Shown piece by piece: positions 20,711 to 30,470 of a DNA stretch of 64,000 nucleotides. Below the pieces are notes generated by a model. The model saw nothing but the letters and a program-made list of their open reading frames with translations, made no database searches and was not told where the DNA came from. The stretch comes from an archaeon GW2011_AR20 (GTDB taxonomy: Archaea > Nanobdellota > Nanobdellia > SCGC-AAA011-G17 > GW2011-AR20). Made by a program: the position numbers and the translations under genes. How positions within the stretch are numbered: position 1 is the stretch's first letter; each line of letters begins with the position of its first letter. The stretch covers positions 588,663-652,662 of the forward strand of contig CP010426.1 of the NCBI GenBank assembly GCA_000830315.1, in the 5' to 3' direction.

Positions 20711-21103
20711 ATGAAAAAAATAATCTTAATTTTATTTTTAGTTGGTGTGTTAGTTCTGTTAGGATGTACATCAAATAAAAACTCTTTTGTAAATGAACAA
20801 ACTGAATGTGAATCTAGGGGGGGTGTTTGGAATAAATACTTGCTGCCTTCTGGCGAACTTTTAGATAAACCTTTTTGTACACTTCTTTTTTTAGATTATG
20901 GTAAAAAATGTACTGATTCTAGCCAATGTATTGGAAATTGTGAACCACCAAATGAATTTTTAAACAGAGAAGGTGGCAATTGGGTAACTCTTTATAGAGA
21001 AAATGTATCTGGAACTTGTTCTAAATTTACTAAAGGTTGTGAAAGCTATCAAATTATAAATGGAGTTCTGGATTTGGAGTCACAAGCTGTTTGTGTTGTC
21101 TAA
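20711..21103 (+). CDS. Cys-rich putative lipoprotein
   Basis: Signal peptide with LLGC lipobox-like motif; CESRGGVW, CTDSSQCIGNC. Confidence 0.75.
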   Translation: MKKIILILFLVGVLVLLGCTSNKNSFVNEQTECESRGGVWNKYLLPSGELLDKPFCTLLFLDYGKKCTDSSQCIGNCEPPNEFLNREGGNWVTLYRENVSGTCSKFTKGCESYQIINGVLDLESQAVCVV

Positions 21104-21179
21104 AATATACCTTACTTTGTATAACATAACTTAGAACAATAAACAAAATATTTAAATAGGTTATAATTATTATAATAAT

Positions 21180-21389
21180 ATGGCAAAGAAATTTACTGTT
21201 GTTGTTGAAGAAGGAGAAGATGGTTATTTAATTTCCGATGTAGTTGAACTTCCAGGATGTCATACTCAGGCTAAAAATTATGACGAGTTAATGAAAAGGA
21301 CTAAAGAAGCAATATCATTATATTTAGAGGTTAAAAAGCCACTTGAAATTAGAAACAAATTTCTTAGTTTACAGCAACTTGAGGTTTAA
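21180..21389 (+). CDS. hicB: HicB-like antitoxin
   Basis: EEGEDGY..ELPGCHTQAKNYDEL..KEAISLYLE. Confidence 0.92.
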   Translation: MAKKFTVVVEEGEDGYLISDVVELPGCHTQAKNYDELMKRTKEAISLYLEVKKPLEIRNKFLSLQQLEV

Positions 21390-21391
21390 TA

Positions 21392-21619
21392 ATGTCAAAA
21401 GTGCCACTTCTTACGGCAAGAGAAGTTGCTAAAATTTTAGAAAGATTAGGTTTTGTATTCAAAAGACAAAAAGGAAGTCATATGTTTTTTGAACACCCCG
21501 ATGGTAGAACCACTGTAATTCCAAATCATCCTAGCGAAAAAATTGATAGAGGCTTGCTAAATAAAATAATAAAACACGATTTACAAATAAATAGAGAAGA
21601 ATTTCTTAAACATTTATAA
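21392..21619 (+). CDS. hicA: HicA toxin (mRNA interferase)
   Basis: LERLGF..RQKGSH..HPDGRTTVIPNH. Confidence 0.93.
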   Translation: MSKVPLLTAREVAKILERLGFVFKRQKGSHMFFEHPDGRTTVIPNHPSEKIDRGLLNKIIKHDLQINREEFLKHL

Positions 21620-21682
21620 TTTTAATACTATATCTTATGGTGTGATATAAAGAACAATACCTTAATCTTATGAATTTTTTGT

Positions 21683-22645
21683 TTATCCTATAATCTTTCC
21701 AGTGTGGCTTTCAACTGCGGGTAATTGCGGAGGCATGACTTTTCCATAGAATACTCGGATAGTATTCTCATTGATTTTCAAGACAGAGGGATCATATACA
21801 CTATCTTCTTGGAAAACTGCTATTGGTTCGCCGAATTCAATTCCATCAGACGATTCCATATGATAAATTCCTTTGGGAACTTTAGCAAATCTTTCATCTA
21901 TAGAAGCTACAAAAAGTACATATTTGTCAGCGATTCTGATTAATGCTGGATCAACCAGATTTGGAACTCTTATTCCTGTTTCTTTTACAAAGTTAAGACC
22001 ATCAGAAGATATGGCTGATCCAATTCCATGCTGCATTTCTGCTCCTGTTACATAATATATTCTTACTCGGCCATCGGGAAGGATTATTGCATCGGGAACA
22101 GAAGCCCAACCATTATCACCATTTGTCTCTGAATCTATTCTGAGTCCTTCTTTTTGGAAAGTCAAACCACCCGAAGAAATTGCAGAATAAATTTTGTGTA
22201 TAGACTGCCCCGGTCCCGGGTTCTGGCTATCCGCACCCTTATAGTACATTCTTGTTTTCCCATCTGGAAGATCTACGACAGTTGGATCGCAAACATTAGA
22301 TTCAAATCCTGTTCCTGGAGAGATTCTAACTCCTGGCTCTTTTACAAAATTAAGACCGTCATTGGAAATCGCAGACAATATTCCTTTGCTATTGCAATAG
22401 TACAAGCGAACCTTTTCATCCTTCAAACGATGGACAAAAGGAACAGATCCATCTTCAATTCTTGAGTTATCATCTTTCTCCCAAGAAAGAGACAATTTTT
22501 TTGCAACCGGTTCTACTTGCATATTTTTGACATTGGAGAGTGCATCTTGAGATGGGAATTCTTTTTCAGATGGTGTTCTAGGAGTGCAAGATATAACAAA
22601 AACTACAAAAAACAGAAGAATAATTGTATATATTTTGGTTCTCAT
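21683..22645 (-). CDS. Putative lipoprotein, five-bladed beta-propeller glycoside-hydrolase-like
   Basis: VISC lipobox-like; repeated SAISxDGLxFxKExGxR blades, DP/RxYY motifs. Confidence 0.7.
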   Translation of the reverse strand: MRTKIYTIILLFFVVFVISCTPRTPSEKEFPSQDALSNVKNMQVEPVAKKLSLSWEKDDNSRIEDGSVPFVHRLKDEKVRLYYCNSKGILSAISNDGLNFVKEPGVRISPGTGFESNVCDPTVVDLPDGKTRMYYKGADSQNPGPGQSIHKIYSAISSGGLTFQKEGLRIDSETNGDNGWASVPDAIILPDGRVRIYYVTGAEMQHGIGSAISSDGLNFVKETGIRVPNLVDPALIRIADKYVLFVASIDERFAKVPKGIYHMESSDGIEFGEPIAVFQEDSVYDPSVLKINENTIRVFYGKVMPPQLPAVESHTGKIIG

Positions 22646-22656
22646 TATTCTACACC

Positions 22657-24204
22657 TTAATTTAATTTGTCATGAGTAATTTTTCCAGACTCAAGTTCCA
22701 TTAGCTTGTTATAAAGTTCATTTCTTTCTTTCTGCAATATCCTTATCTGCTTTGGCTGTCTTTTAATTTCTTTGGATTTAACCTCTTTATGCTCAATCTC
22801 AACCTTGGGTTGTTTATAAATGAAATCAAATTTTTTATTGTAATTGTCAACTAGATTGATTGTTTTTTGCTTTAATTCTGGTTTGGTTATTTTGCCGCCA
22901 ATAACGCTCCCAAATCTTTCCAAGTCCTGTTTAAAATTATTATTAATCTTGGCTTCTTCCTTAGTCAAGAAATGACTTAATTTTCTTTCTTCATGCTTTA
23001 ATTTATGGGAAAATTCCTTTAATCTTGTGGAAGCAAGCAATTCCTCCCTTTTAATGAAATTGTTTAACGTGTTTAACAAGCCAATGCTTTTTCTAGAAAT
23101 ATGCTTTCCTTGATGCTTCATCTCAATTAAGCTTTTTGAAATGTCCAAAAATGTTTTTTCATGAATTCTCTTATGCAAAATTCTATTATGGAGATCCATT
23201 AAATTATCCATGATTTCTTTTTCTTCCTGTATCGGCAGTTTATAATATGCCAATAATGCCCGGGCATAATAACGTTTTGCAATTAAAGGATTTCTTTCTA
23301 TAATCATTTTACCCCTATTAATCAGTTTTAGTATCCTGAACTTCTGAATTTTAGTAGACAAATTTCTAAACAATGAAAATCTAGGCTTCTTTTCTACTTC
23401 AAATTCCTCCAGATTCGGAATTTCAATCTTCTTTATTTCCAGGGGTTTAACTTCAACATGCTCTTTCTTTCTGAATAAACTGAAAAATTTAGCAAATATA
23501 TTTTTTTCAGGCTCTAATTTTACAGGAACTGCTTTAACCGGAACCTTGATTTTTGTTTCCTTAACTTCAACATATTCTTTTTTCCCGAATAATGTTAAAA
23601 AGTTCTCTTTAACCCTTTCCCAGAACCTTAATTCGTGTTTAATCTTTTTGACTTTGCTTTCTGACAATAGATCTCCGAATTCCTTAAATAATAATTTAAC
23701 CTGGGAAGAATCTAATACTGCCCCGGAGTATCTCAATAAGGAAAGTTTTTCAGCTAATTTTACATCTTTTATATGCCCTTTAACTAATTCATTTAATTCA
23801 GCAAACGCAAATTCATGCTTAATTCCGAATTTGTCCTTGAAGAATTCTTTTGCAATTTCATTTAGCTCATTAAACGCCTGTTCATTATTTATTTTATGCA
23901 GGTTTTCCCTTAGTATGCTGAATTTATTCCGATAATCAAACATCTTGATTTCTTTAACAGCTGAACTTTTTTCATGATGTTTTTTAAACTTAATCTTGCC
24001 AATGTCTATTTTTGGCAGCTTAAATTTTCCGATATTATCCTTTAAGATTAATCCTAAAAAAAACAAGACCATTATGGCCATCAAAAATATCGGGGCTACT
24101 AAGATTAAGGAATATGTGTTGCCGAATAATGTTACCTCGGTCTGTGCATATGCTGTTTTTAAATTAAATAATAATGCTAAGGTCAGAATAACCCCTTTTT
24201 TCAT
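22657..24204 (-). CDS. Hypothetical membrane-anchored, Lys-rich protein
   Basis: 515-aa ORF with signal-like segment and TM helix then long charged region. Confidence 0.7.
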   Translation of the reverse strand: MKKGVILTLALLFNLKTAYAQTEVTLFGNTYSLILVAPIFLMAIMVLFFLGLILKDNIGKFKLPKIDIGKIKFKKHHEKSSAVKEIKMFDYRNKFSILRENLHKINNEQAFNELNEIAKEFFKDKFGIKHEFAFAELNELVKGHIKDVKLAEKLSLLRYSGAVLDSSQVKLLFKEFGDLLSESKVKKIKHELRFWERVKENFLTLFGKKEYVEVKETKIKVPVKAVPVKLEPEKNIFAKFFSLFRKKEHVEVKPLEIKKIEIPNLEEFEVEKKPRFSLFRNLSTKIQKFRILKLINRGKMIIERNPLIAKRYYARALLAYYKLPIQEEKEIMDNLMDLHNRILHKRIHEKTFLDISKSLIEMKHQGKHISRKSIGLLNTLNNFIKREELLASTRLKEFSHKLKHEERKLSHFLTKEEAKINNNFKQDLERFGSVIGGKITKPELKQKTINLVDNYNKKFDFIYKQPKVEIEHKEVKSKEIKRQPKQIRILQKERNELYNKLMELESGKITHDKLN

Positions 24205-24295
24205 TATAAACTCGATGTAATTATAGTATAAAAATCTTATGTTACACTACAAAGAATAAAAAGAAAAAATTAGAAATATCAAAAACTTAACGTTT

Positions 24296-25171
24296 TTAAG
24301 CGGTTTCAATTAGCTTTTTCCTAGTTTCATAACTCTGTGCTGCTCTTTCTAAGGCATTTTTTCTTATTGAAGCTATTAAAGAGTCATTTTTAGCAATTTC
24401 TTCTAAATTCAAGCCTGAAAAATTTTTTGCGAAATGCATCCGACCAGCGCCACACGAGTCAGGCAAGATACCGCTCCCAGTAGACAGACTAGACCTATCG
24501 CGGACGAGCCCACGAAGACCGCTTCTTGTAGTATATAAATTTCTATCCCCTTCTTTATCTAATTCATATGGGAATCCTGTTTTTAACAATCCAGGGTCTT
24601 TAGAGCTGAATTTTCCGTCGCCTTTGCTTAATACAGGAACTTGAGTTACTATTGTTAATCCGTCTTTATTAAAATCTAACCTTAAGCCATATTCATAATC
24701 ATCGTCCTTGACAACATCCATTAGTCCTTCAACAACAAATGGAACTTCCAAATCTATGTTTAAAAAATAAGATTTAACCTGATCTCTAAGATGCTGCCAT
24801 GATTTTGGATTAATTGCTCTTTGCGGATAATTTGTAAATCCGGAGTCTTCATAGGTGTTATTAACATCTTCTAATTTACCTTTGCTTAAGAATAACTCGC
24901 TTATAAACTGGGTCATCGGAATAATATCTTCATTGCTTAATTCCCTAATAATATTAGACAAAGCTGTTTTATAAAAGAAATTGCAGCCTTTAATATCCCC
25001 CTGTTTAGCCTTAAAATCTAATTCTGGAATTATAACAGCTGTTCCTTGGTATCTTTCCCTAAGTAATTTCAAAGCATCCCTTGTTAAATTATAATCGTAT
25101 CTGGCTAAAAATATGGTCGGGTTTTTCTCTATTAATTCAGTCTCTAAAATGTCGTTGTACTTTGCTTTCAT
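24296..25171 (-). CDS. Putative DGR target-like protein, paralog of 53920..54786
   Basis: Full-length similarity to 53920..54786 (TYEDxG, NPxxWxxLRxQVKS, PFVxxGLMxVVK, KTGFP); GC-rich variable-region-like segment 24418-24523. Confidence 0.7.
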   Translation of the reverse strand: MKAKYNDILETELIEKNPTIFLARYDYNLTRDALKLLRERYQGTAVIIPELDFKAKQGDIKGCNFFYKTALSNIIRELSNEDIIPMTQFISELFLSKGKLEDVNNTYEDSGFTNYPQRAINPKSWQHLRDQVKSYFLNIDLEVPFVVEGLMDVVKDDDYEYGLRLDFNKDGLTIVTQVPVLSKGDGKFSSKDPGLLKTGFPYELDKEGDRNLYTTRSGLRGLVRDRSSLSTGSGILPDSCGAGRMHFAKNFSGLNLEEIAKNDSLIASIRKNALERAAQSYETRKKLIETA

Positions 25172-25226
25172 TTTGATATCTGAATGAAGGAAATTAACAA
25201 TTATATAAAGCTTTCCGTATTATATT

Positions 25227-25236
25227 ACTTTCAAGT
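25227..25236. promoter_or_regulatory. Palindromic operator-like site (ACTTTCAAGT variant) upstream of BRE/TATA
   Basis: 17 nt from the TATA at 25202-25209; matches ACTTTAAAGT copies elsewhere. Confidence 0.55.
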
Positions 25237-25301
25237 GATTATAAGATAACTAGCAAATTTTTACACAAATATTAATAATCTTTTCTAACTTGTAATATAA
25301 C

Positions 25302-26483
25302 ATGAAATTTGCCCATTTAGCAGACTGCCATGTTGGAGGATGGAGGGAAGACAAGTTAAAAGAATTAAGCATCAAGGCTTTTGAGGAAGCTGTTAATATC
25401 TGCATCAAGGAGAATACGGCCTTTGTCTTAATTTCAGGAGATTTATTTAATACCAGTTTGCCTAATTTAGATATAATAAAAAGAACAGCCGAAGCACTTG
25501 ACAGGTTAAGGCAGAATGACATTTCATGCTATATAATTCCTGGAAGCCATGATTTTTCTCCTTCTGGAAAAACAATGCTTGATGTTCTAGAAAAAGCCGG
25601 TTTAATGGAAAATGTCATGAAATTTAATAATAACAAATTAGAGTTCACATTAGACAAGACCAACACAAAAATTACAGGAATTTTTGGATTAAGGCAGGGT
25701 TTAGACAGGAAATATTACGAAAACTTGGACAAAGAAAGTTTAGCAAAGGAACAGGGATTCAAGATATTCATGTTTCATGCCACATTAGACGAATTTAAGC
25801 CAAAAGACCAGGAGCTGGTTTTTGGACAAAGTTACCAGGATTTACCTAAAAATTTTAATTATTATGCAGGAGGACATACCCATATTGTATTCAATGAATT
25901 TAAGGACGGATACGGGTTAATCGCTTATCCGGGTCCATTATTTCCGAATTCTTTCAAGGAGTTAGAGGAGTTAAAGGCAGGGGGATTTTATATCCTTGAT
26001 GAAAAGCTTAATCTTAGAAGAGAAGAGATAAAATTAAAGGATGTTGAATCATTTTTTATTGATTCAAACAACAAAACCCCCGAGGAAATAGAAAAGGAAT
26101 TAAAAAATATAAAAAATACAGAAGATAAAATTGTTTTGATAAGGATAGAGGGTGTTTTAAAGACTGGAAAACCGAGCGAGATTGATTTTAAGGAAATTTT
26201 TGACAGTTATAAGGCATACATTGTTTTAAAAAATACAAATAAATTAAAGAGCCTGGAGTTTGAGGGTTATGAAACAAAGCACGGGGATATTGAGGAAGTT
26301 GAATCTATAATCATAAAAGAAAATTTGAGCAAGATTAATACTGTGTTTAACCAGGAAGAAATTGCCAAGCAATTAATGCATTCTTTAAATCTTGAAAAAG
26401 ATGAAGGCGAGAGAAACATTGATTTTGACATGAGGTTAACAAGGGATATAATGAATATCTTTGATCTGGAAAATGTTGATTAA
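25302..26483 (+). CDS. mre11: DNA double-strand break repair nuclease Mre11
   Basis: ADCHVG, SGDLF, PGSHD, MFH, GGHTH, YPG; adjacent to rad50. Confidence 0.92.
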   Translation: MKFAHLADCHVGGWREDKLKELSIKAFEEAVNICIKENTAFVLISGDLFNTSLPNLDIIKRTAEALDRLRQNDISCYIIPGSHDFSPSGKTMLDVLEKAGLMENVMKFNNNKLEFTLDKTNTKITGIFGLRQGLDRKYYENLDKESLAKEQGFKIFMFHATLDEFKPKDQELVFGQSYQDLPKNFNYYAGGHTHIVFNEFKDGYGLIAYPGPLFPNSFKELEELKAGGFYILDEKLNLRREEIKLKDVESFFIDSNNKTPEEIEKELKNIKNTEDKIVLIRIEGVLKTGKPSEIDFKEIFDSYKAYIVLKNTNKLKSLEFEGYETKHGDIEEVESIIIKENLSKINTVFNQEEIAKQLMHSLNLEKDEGERNIDFDMRLTRDIMNIFDLENVD

Positions 26484-28527
26484 AAAAATTAAACTGGAGA
26501 ATATAAGAAGTTATGTTAATGAGGAGATTGACTTGCCTCTTGGATCAACTTTATTAGCCGGTGATATCGGAAGCGGGAAGAGCAGCATTTTATTGGCGGT
26601 AGATTTTGCATTATTTGGAATAAGACAGGGAGAGTTATCGGGAAACGCCTTATTGAGAAACGGCACAAATGAAGGGCTGGTTGAGCTGCATTTTGAATTA
26701 GAGAATAATAATGTTGTAATACAAAGAAGATTGAAAAGGACCCAAAATTCTGTTGTGCAGGATTCTGGCTATATAATCATGAACAATGAGAGGCAGGATA
26801 AAAGTGCAATTGAATTAAAGCAGGACATTCTTAACTTGTTGAATTATCCAAAGGAATTGCTCACGAAACACAAATCATTAATTTACAGGTATACTGTTTA
26901 TACTCCTCAAGAGGAAATGAAGAGCATTTTGCTTGGCGAGAAAGATGCCAGGTTAGATACATTAAGAAAAGTTTTTGACATTGATAAATATAAAAGGATT
27001 AAGGAGAATACGAAGATATTTATTGCAAATTTAAAGCAAAAACGAAGGGAACTTGAAGGAAAAATTTATGATTTGGAGGATAAGAAGAAGCTTGTTCAAA
27101 GTAAAATCATGGAATTTTCCGAGATTGATTTGCAATTAAAAGAATTAATTCCAAGAATAACTCAGATAAGCAAATTAGTTGATGAAAAAAGAAAAGAGAT
27201 TAAATTGTTAGAGGAGAACATTAAAAAATTAAATGAGTTAAAGAAGGAATTTGAATTAAGCAGGTTTAAGCTTGAAAATGCACAGGCCTCATTTGACAAG
27301 AATGAATCTGAGTTAAAGAATCTGGACTTAAAAATTCAGAAATTGGAGAAGGAAACCAAAGATGTTAAAATTGATATTGACGAATTAAATGAAAAAATTG
27401 ATGATTTCAATGAAATTATTCCTAAGAATAAGCTGGAACTAGAAGCAGTAAACAAAAAAATAAGTGAGTTAGAAACAAGAAAGTTAACTGCGATGGATAT
27501 TATTTCAAAGGTAATGAAAATAGACAAATGTCCTTTGTGCCAGCAGAATGTAACACATGAACACAAAGATAATATTTCCGAGGATGAAACAAAGAAGATA
27601 AATGAATATGAGAATGAATTAAATGAAAATAACCGGAAAAAAGCTTTATTGAAAGATAAGATTAAGCAGTTAGAAGCCGATTTTGAGATATTAAGGGAGC
27701 AGAAAAGCAATTATGAATTAAATAAATTGAAATTAGATGATTTAAATGATAAGAAATCAAAAAAAGAATTCTTATTAAAAGAACAACTGGAAATAAATGA
27801 GGATATTTCAGAAATTAAAGACAAGATTGGATTGCTTGAAACTGAAATCAATGAATTCAGGGACTTAAATTACGACGAGAAAAAGATTGAGTTAGATGAT
27901 TTATTAAAAAGAGAAAGGGATTTAGAGATTGAAAGGGCATCTTATCTTGCAAATATCCAAGAATTAAATAAAAGCGTTGAGGAACTGGGCATAGAAATAA
28001 CATTGAAGATGCAGACTAAAAAAAACATCGGCAGGATAAATGATGTACAATTCTGGCTCGAAGAATATTTTGCCAATGTTGTTGATTTAATTGAAAAACA
28101 AATTATGCTTAAAGTGCATCGCGATTTTAATGGCTTATTTGAAAAATGGTTTAATATGCTGATGGAGAATGAGAATTTTAATGTAAGATTGGATGATGAA
28201 TTCTCTCCCCTGATACAGCAGAATGGCCATGACATAGATTATTTGTATTTATCAGGAGGGGAAAAAACAGCTATTGCATTGGCTTACAGGCTTGCATTGA
28301 ACCAGGTTATTAATAATTTGATGACATCAATCAAGACAAGGGATTTATTGATATTGGATGAACCGACAGACGGTTTTTCAGATGAGCAGTTAGACAGGGT
28401 AAGGAATGTTTTAAGCGAGTTAAACTTGAAACAGTTGATTTTAGTAAGCCATGAGCAGAAAATAGAAAGCTTTGTTGATAATGTAATAAGATTGAATAAG
28501 GAGCAGCATATTACAAAAATAATTTAA
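26473..28527 (+). CDS. rad50: Rad50/SbcC SMC-like ATPase
   Basis: NIRSY, GDIGSGKSS, coiled coil with CPLC zinc hook, LSGGE, LDEPT, VSH. Confidence 0.93.
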   Translation: MLIKKIKLENIRSYVNEEIDLPLGSTLLAGDIGSGKSSILLAVDFALFGIRQGELSGNALLRNGTNEGLVELHFELENNNVVIQRRLKRTQNSVVQDSGYIIMNNERQDKSAIELKQDILNLLNYPKELLTKHKSLIYRYTVYTPQEEMKSILLGEKDARLDTLRKVFDIDKYKRIKENTKIFIANLKQKRRELEGKIYDLEDKKKLVQSKIMEFSEIDLQLKELIPRITQISKLVDEKRKEIKLLEENIKKLNELKKEFELSRFKLENAQASFDKNESELKNLDLKIQKLEKETKDVKIDIDELNEKIDDFNEIIPKNKLELEAVNKKISELETRKLTAMDIISKVMKIDKCPLCQQNVTHEHKDNISEDETKKINEYENELNENNRKKALLKDKIKQLEADFEILREQKSNYELNKLKLDDLNDKKSKKEFLLKEQLEINEDISEIKDKIGLLETEINEFRDLNYDEKKIELDDLLKRERDLEIERASYLANIQELNKSVEELGIEITLKMQTKKNIGRINDVQFWLEEYFANVVDLIEKQIMLKVHRDFNGLFEKWFNMLMENENFNVRLDDEFSPLIQQNGHDIDYLYLSGGEKTAIALAYRLALNQVINNLMTSIKTRDLLILDEPTDGFSDEQLDRVRNVLSELNLKQLILVSHEQKIESFVDNVIRLNKEQHITKII

Positions 28528-28564
28528 AAGACAGGTTTATTAATTTTTCTTTATCATAAATTTT

Positions 28565-28954
28565 ATGTATAAGCAAGTTTTAGAAGAATTTTATAGGAAT
28601 GATAAAAATTTATTATCTAAAGTTATAGATATGGATAAAATTAATTATATTAGGTTTATTGTTTATAATAATAAAGAAGAAGATCCTGCTCTTAATATTA
28701 TGCCTAATAATAGTCCTGGAACATTAGAAACAATGTTAGATATGATTAATTTTATTGGTAAGAAAATTGACCCAAGTCTGGTATTATCTGATATCAGAAA
28801 ATCTAAAAGTTATAAAGACGGAATAGACCTTGTGTTTACAACAAGATCTAAAGATGTTGTTGGTATGAGCAACGCTATCGGAGTTGCTGGCGTTGCTATT
28901 TCTAATTATTTAAAAAGAATTAGAGAAAAATTTAATCTGGAATCATACTTATAG
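28565..28954 (+). CDS. Hypothetical protein
   Basis: 129-aa ORF with upstream TATA-like element; no recognised motif. Confidence 0.6.
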   Translation: MYKQVLEEFYRNDKNLLSKVIDMDKINYIRFIVYNNKEEDPALNIMPNNSPGTLETMLDMINFIGKKIDPSLVLSDIRKSKSYKDGIDLVFTTRSKDVVGMSNAIGVAGVAISNYLKRIREKFNLESYL

Positions 28955-29414
28955 CCTGCTTAATATTAATATTCTCCTTTAAAACCAAATTTTTGATTTC
29001 ATCTGTATTTAAGTTAGAATATTTATTCTCGATTTTATTTAATAATGGTTTGATGCTTTTATAGGCTAATATTGCAGAGATTAAGGCATCGTTTTCATGC
29101 TTATTATTAATTTCAATATTTCTCTTCTTCAGGAATTTTTTTACCAATCTTGATTTGTGCTTGCTCTGCAAATCAGTTTGTGGCTTGAATACTTTGGCGC
29201 CTAAACCAGATGCAATTTTCTCGACGAAATTAGGAACTTTTTTTACATCGGTTCCAATCAAGACTGGTTTTCCGAATTTAAACACATTATTTGTTATTTT
29301 GCTTGCATCAAGTTTCTTGCTGGATTTAACTTCGAGAATATTTCCGTTTAAATCAAGAACAGCATAGCTTTTGGTTGTACCCGGGTCTATGCCGATTATA
29401 GTTAATTTATCCAT
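28932..29414 (-). CDS. DUF460 domain (RNase H-like fold) protein
   Basis: IIGIDPGTT..AVLDLNG, HENDALISA. Confidence 0.85.
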   Translation of the reverse strand: MDKLTIIGIDPGTTKSYAVLDLNGNILEVKSSKKLDASKITNNVFKFGKPVLIGTDVKKVPNFVEKIASGLGAKVFKPQTDLQSKHKSRLVKKFLKKRNIEINNKHENDALISAILAYKSIKPLLNKIENKYSNLNTDEIKNLVLKENINIKQAISMIPD

Positions 29415-29458
29415 CTAAAAGTTAATTATATAAAGCTCATTTAAATATTTTTCTTTAT

Positions 29459-29545
29459 GGGGCTATGGTCTAGCTTGGCTATGATATACGCTTAGGGACA
29501 AAAGCTGAAAAGCGTATGACCCCAGTTCAAATCTGGGTAGCCCCA
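29459..29545 (+). tRNA. tRNA-Pro(AGG) with 13-nt 37/38 intron
   Basis: GGGGCTA..TAGCCCC-A; anticodon stem TACGC/GCGTA, loop TT-AGG-G (anticodon 29494-29496); intron 29498-29510 with BHB helix TTAG/CTGA. Confidence 0.8.
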
Positions 29546-29559
29546 TTCAATAACAAAAT

Positions 29560-30453
29560 TTATTTTCTTATCTTGGCAACAAAAAATCCCTCTGTGTCAT
29601 TATCCTGTGGCCAGATTCTCAGGCATTTTTTAATCTCTTCATTATAATTTTTCTCTTCATACTCTAAAATTACAGGGCTTTTTTTAATATCCAGATCAAT
29701 TTTTTCTAATTTTGCATCCCTGTTTTTTAATAAGAAATCAATGACTTCCTCATTTTCTTCAGGATCAACAGAGCACGTGGAATAAACTAAAACACAATCG
29801 TCATTTAAAGAATCAAATGAATTTAATATTAATCTTTTCTGGTCATTCGCTAATTTCCTAATCATATTATTGTTCCATATCTTTAATGTCATTAATGACT
29901 TGCGTATAGCGCCTGTGCCAGAACAAGGAGCATCTAATAATATCTTGTCAAATTTTATGTTCTTAAAATTAGTCCTTAATGTTATAATTGTGTTTAATAT
30001 ACCGCATCTCTGCAGGTTAATGCTTAGTGCTTTTAATCTGTCATATTTAATGTCATTTGCCACAATAATTCCTTTATTATTCATCATAGCAGCCATTTGG
30101 GTTGTCTTGCTTCCTGGCGCAGCTGCTAAATCAAGAATTAATTCATTTTCCCGAGGGTTTAAAACAACCGGAGGAATCATTGAAGCTGCTTCCTGAACAT
30201 AAAAATACCCTAAACTATGCTCTGGTAAATTTCCCAAATCTGTCCTTGGTCCCTTTATCCAAAACCCTTCTTTGCACCAGGGAACTTGCCTAAAGTTATA
30301 ATTATTTAATTTCTCTTTTAATTCTTTTACAGATATTTTTAAGGTATTAACGCGGATGCTTTTATTTAAGGGCTTAACGCAATATTCACAGAATCTGTTA
30401 ATGTCTGTAAACTTAGAATACTTCTCTAAAAATTTCTCTTTGAATTTATACAT
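29560..30453 (-). CDS. NOL1/NOP2/Sun (RsmB/F) RNA m5C methyltransferase
   Basis: QEAASMIP, DLAAAPGSKT, LDAPCSG, VYSTCS..EENE. Confidence 0.95.
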   Translation of the reverse strand: MYKFKEKFLEKYSKFTDINRFCEYCVKPLNKSIRVNTLKISVKELKEKLNNYNFRQVPWCKEGFWIKGPRTDLGNLPEHSLGYFYVQEAASMIPPVVLNPRENELILDLAAAPGSKTTQMAAMMNNKGIIVANDIKYDRLKALSINLQRCGILNTIITLRTNFKNIKFDKILLDAPCSGTGAIRKSLMTLKIWNNNMIRKLANDQKRLILNSFDSLNDDCVLVYSTCSVDPEENEEVIDFLLKNRDAKLEKIDLDIKKSPVILEYEEKNYNEEIKKCLRIWPQDNDTEGFFVAKIRK

Positions 30454-30470
30454 AAAAAAGAAAAAAGAAA

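Larger units (their letters stand above)
20632..21665. mobile_element. ~1-kb cassette bounded by a 15-bp direct repeat (AGAACAATACCTTAA)
   Basis: Identical 15-mers at 20632-20646 and 21651-21665 enclosing the lipoprotein gene and hicBA. Confidence 0.55.

Noticed and set aside
25302-28527. mre11-rad50 without adjacent herA/nurA
   Set aside because: Partners may lie elsewhere; split arrangements are ordinary
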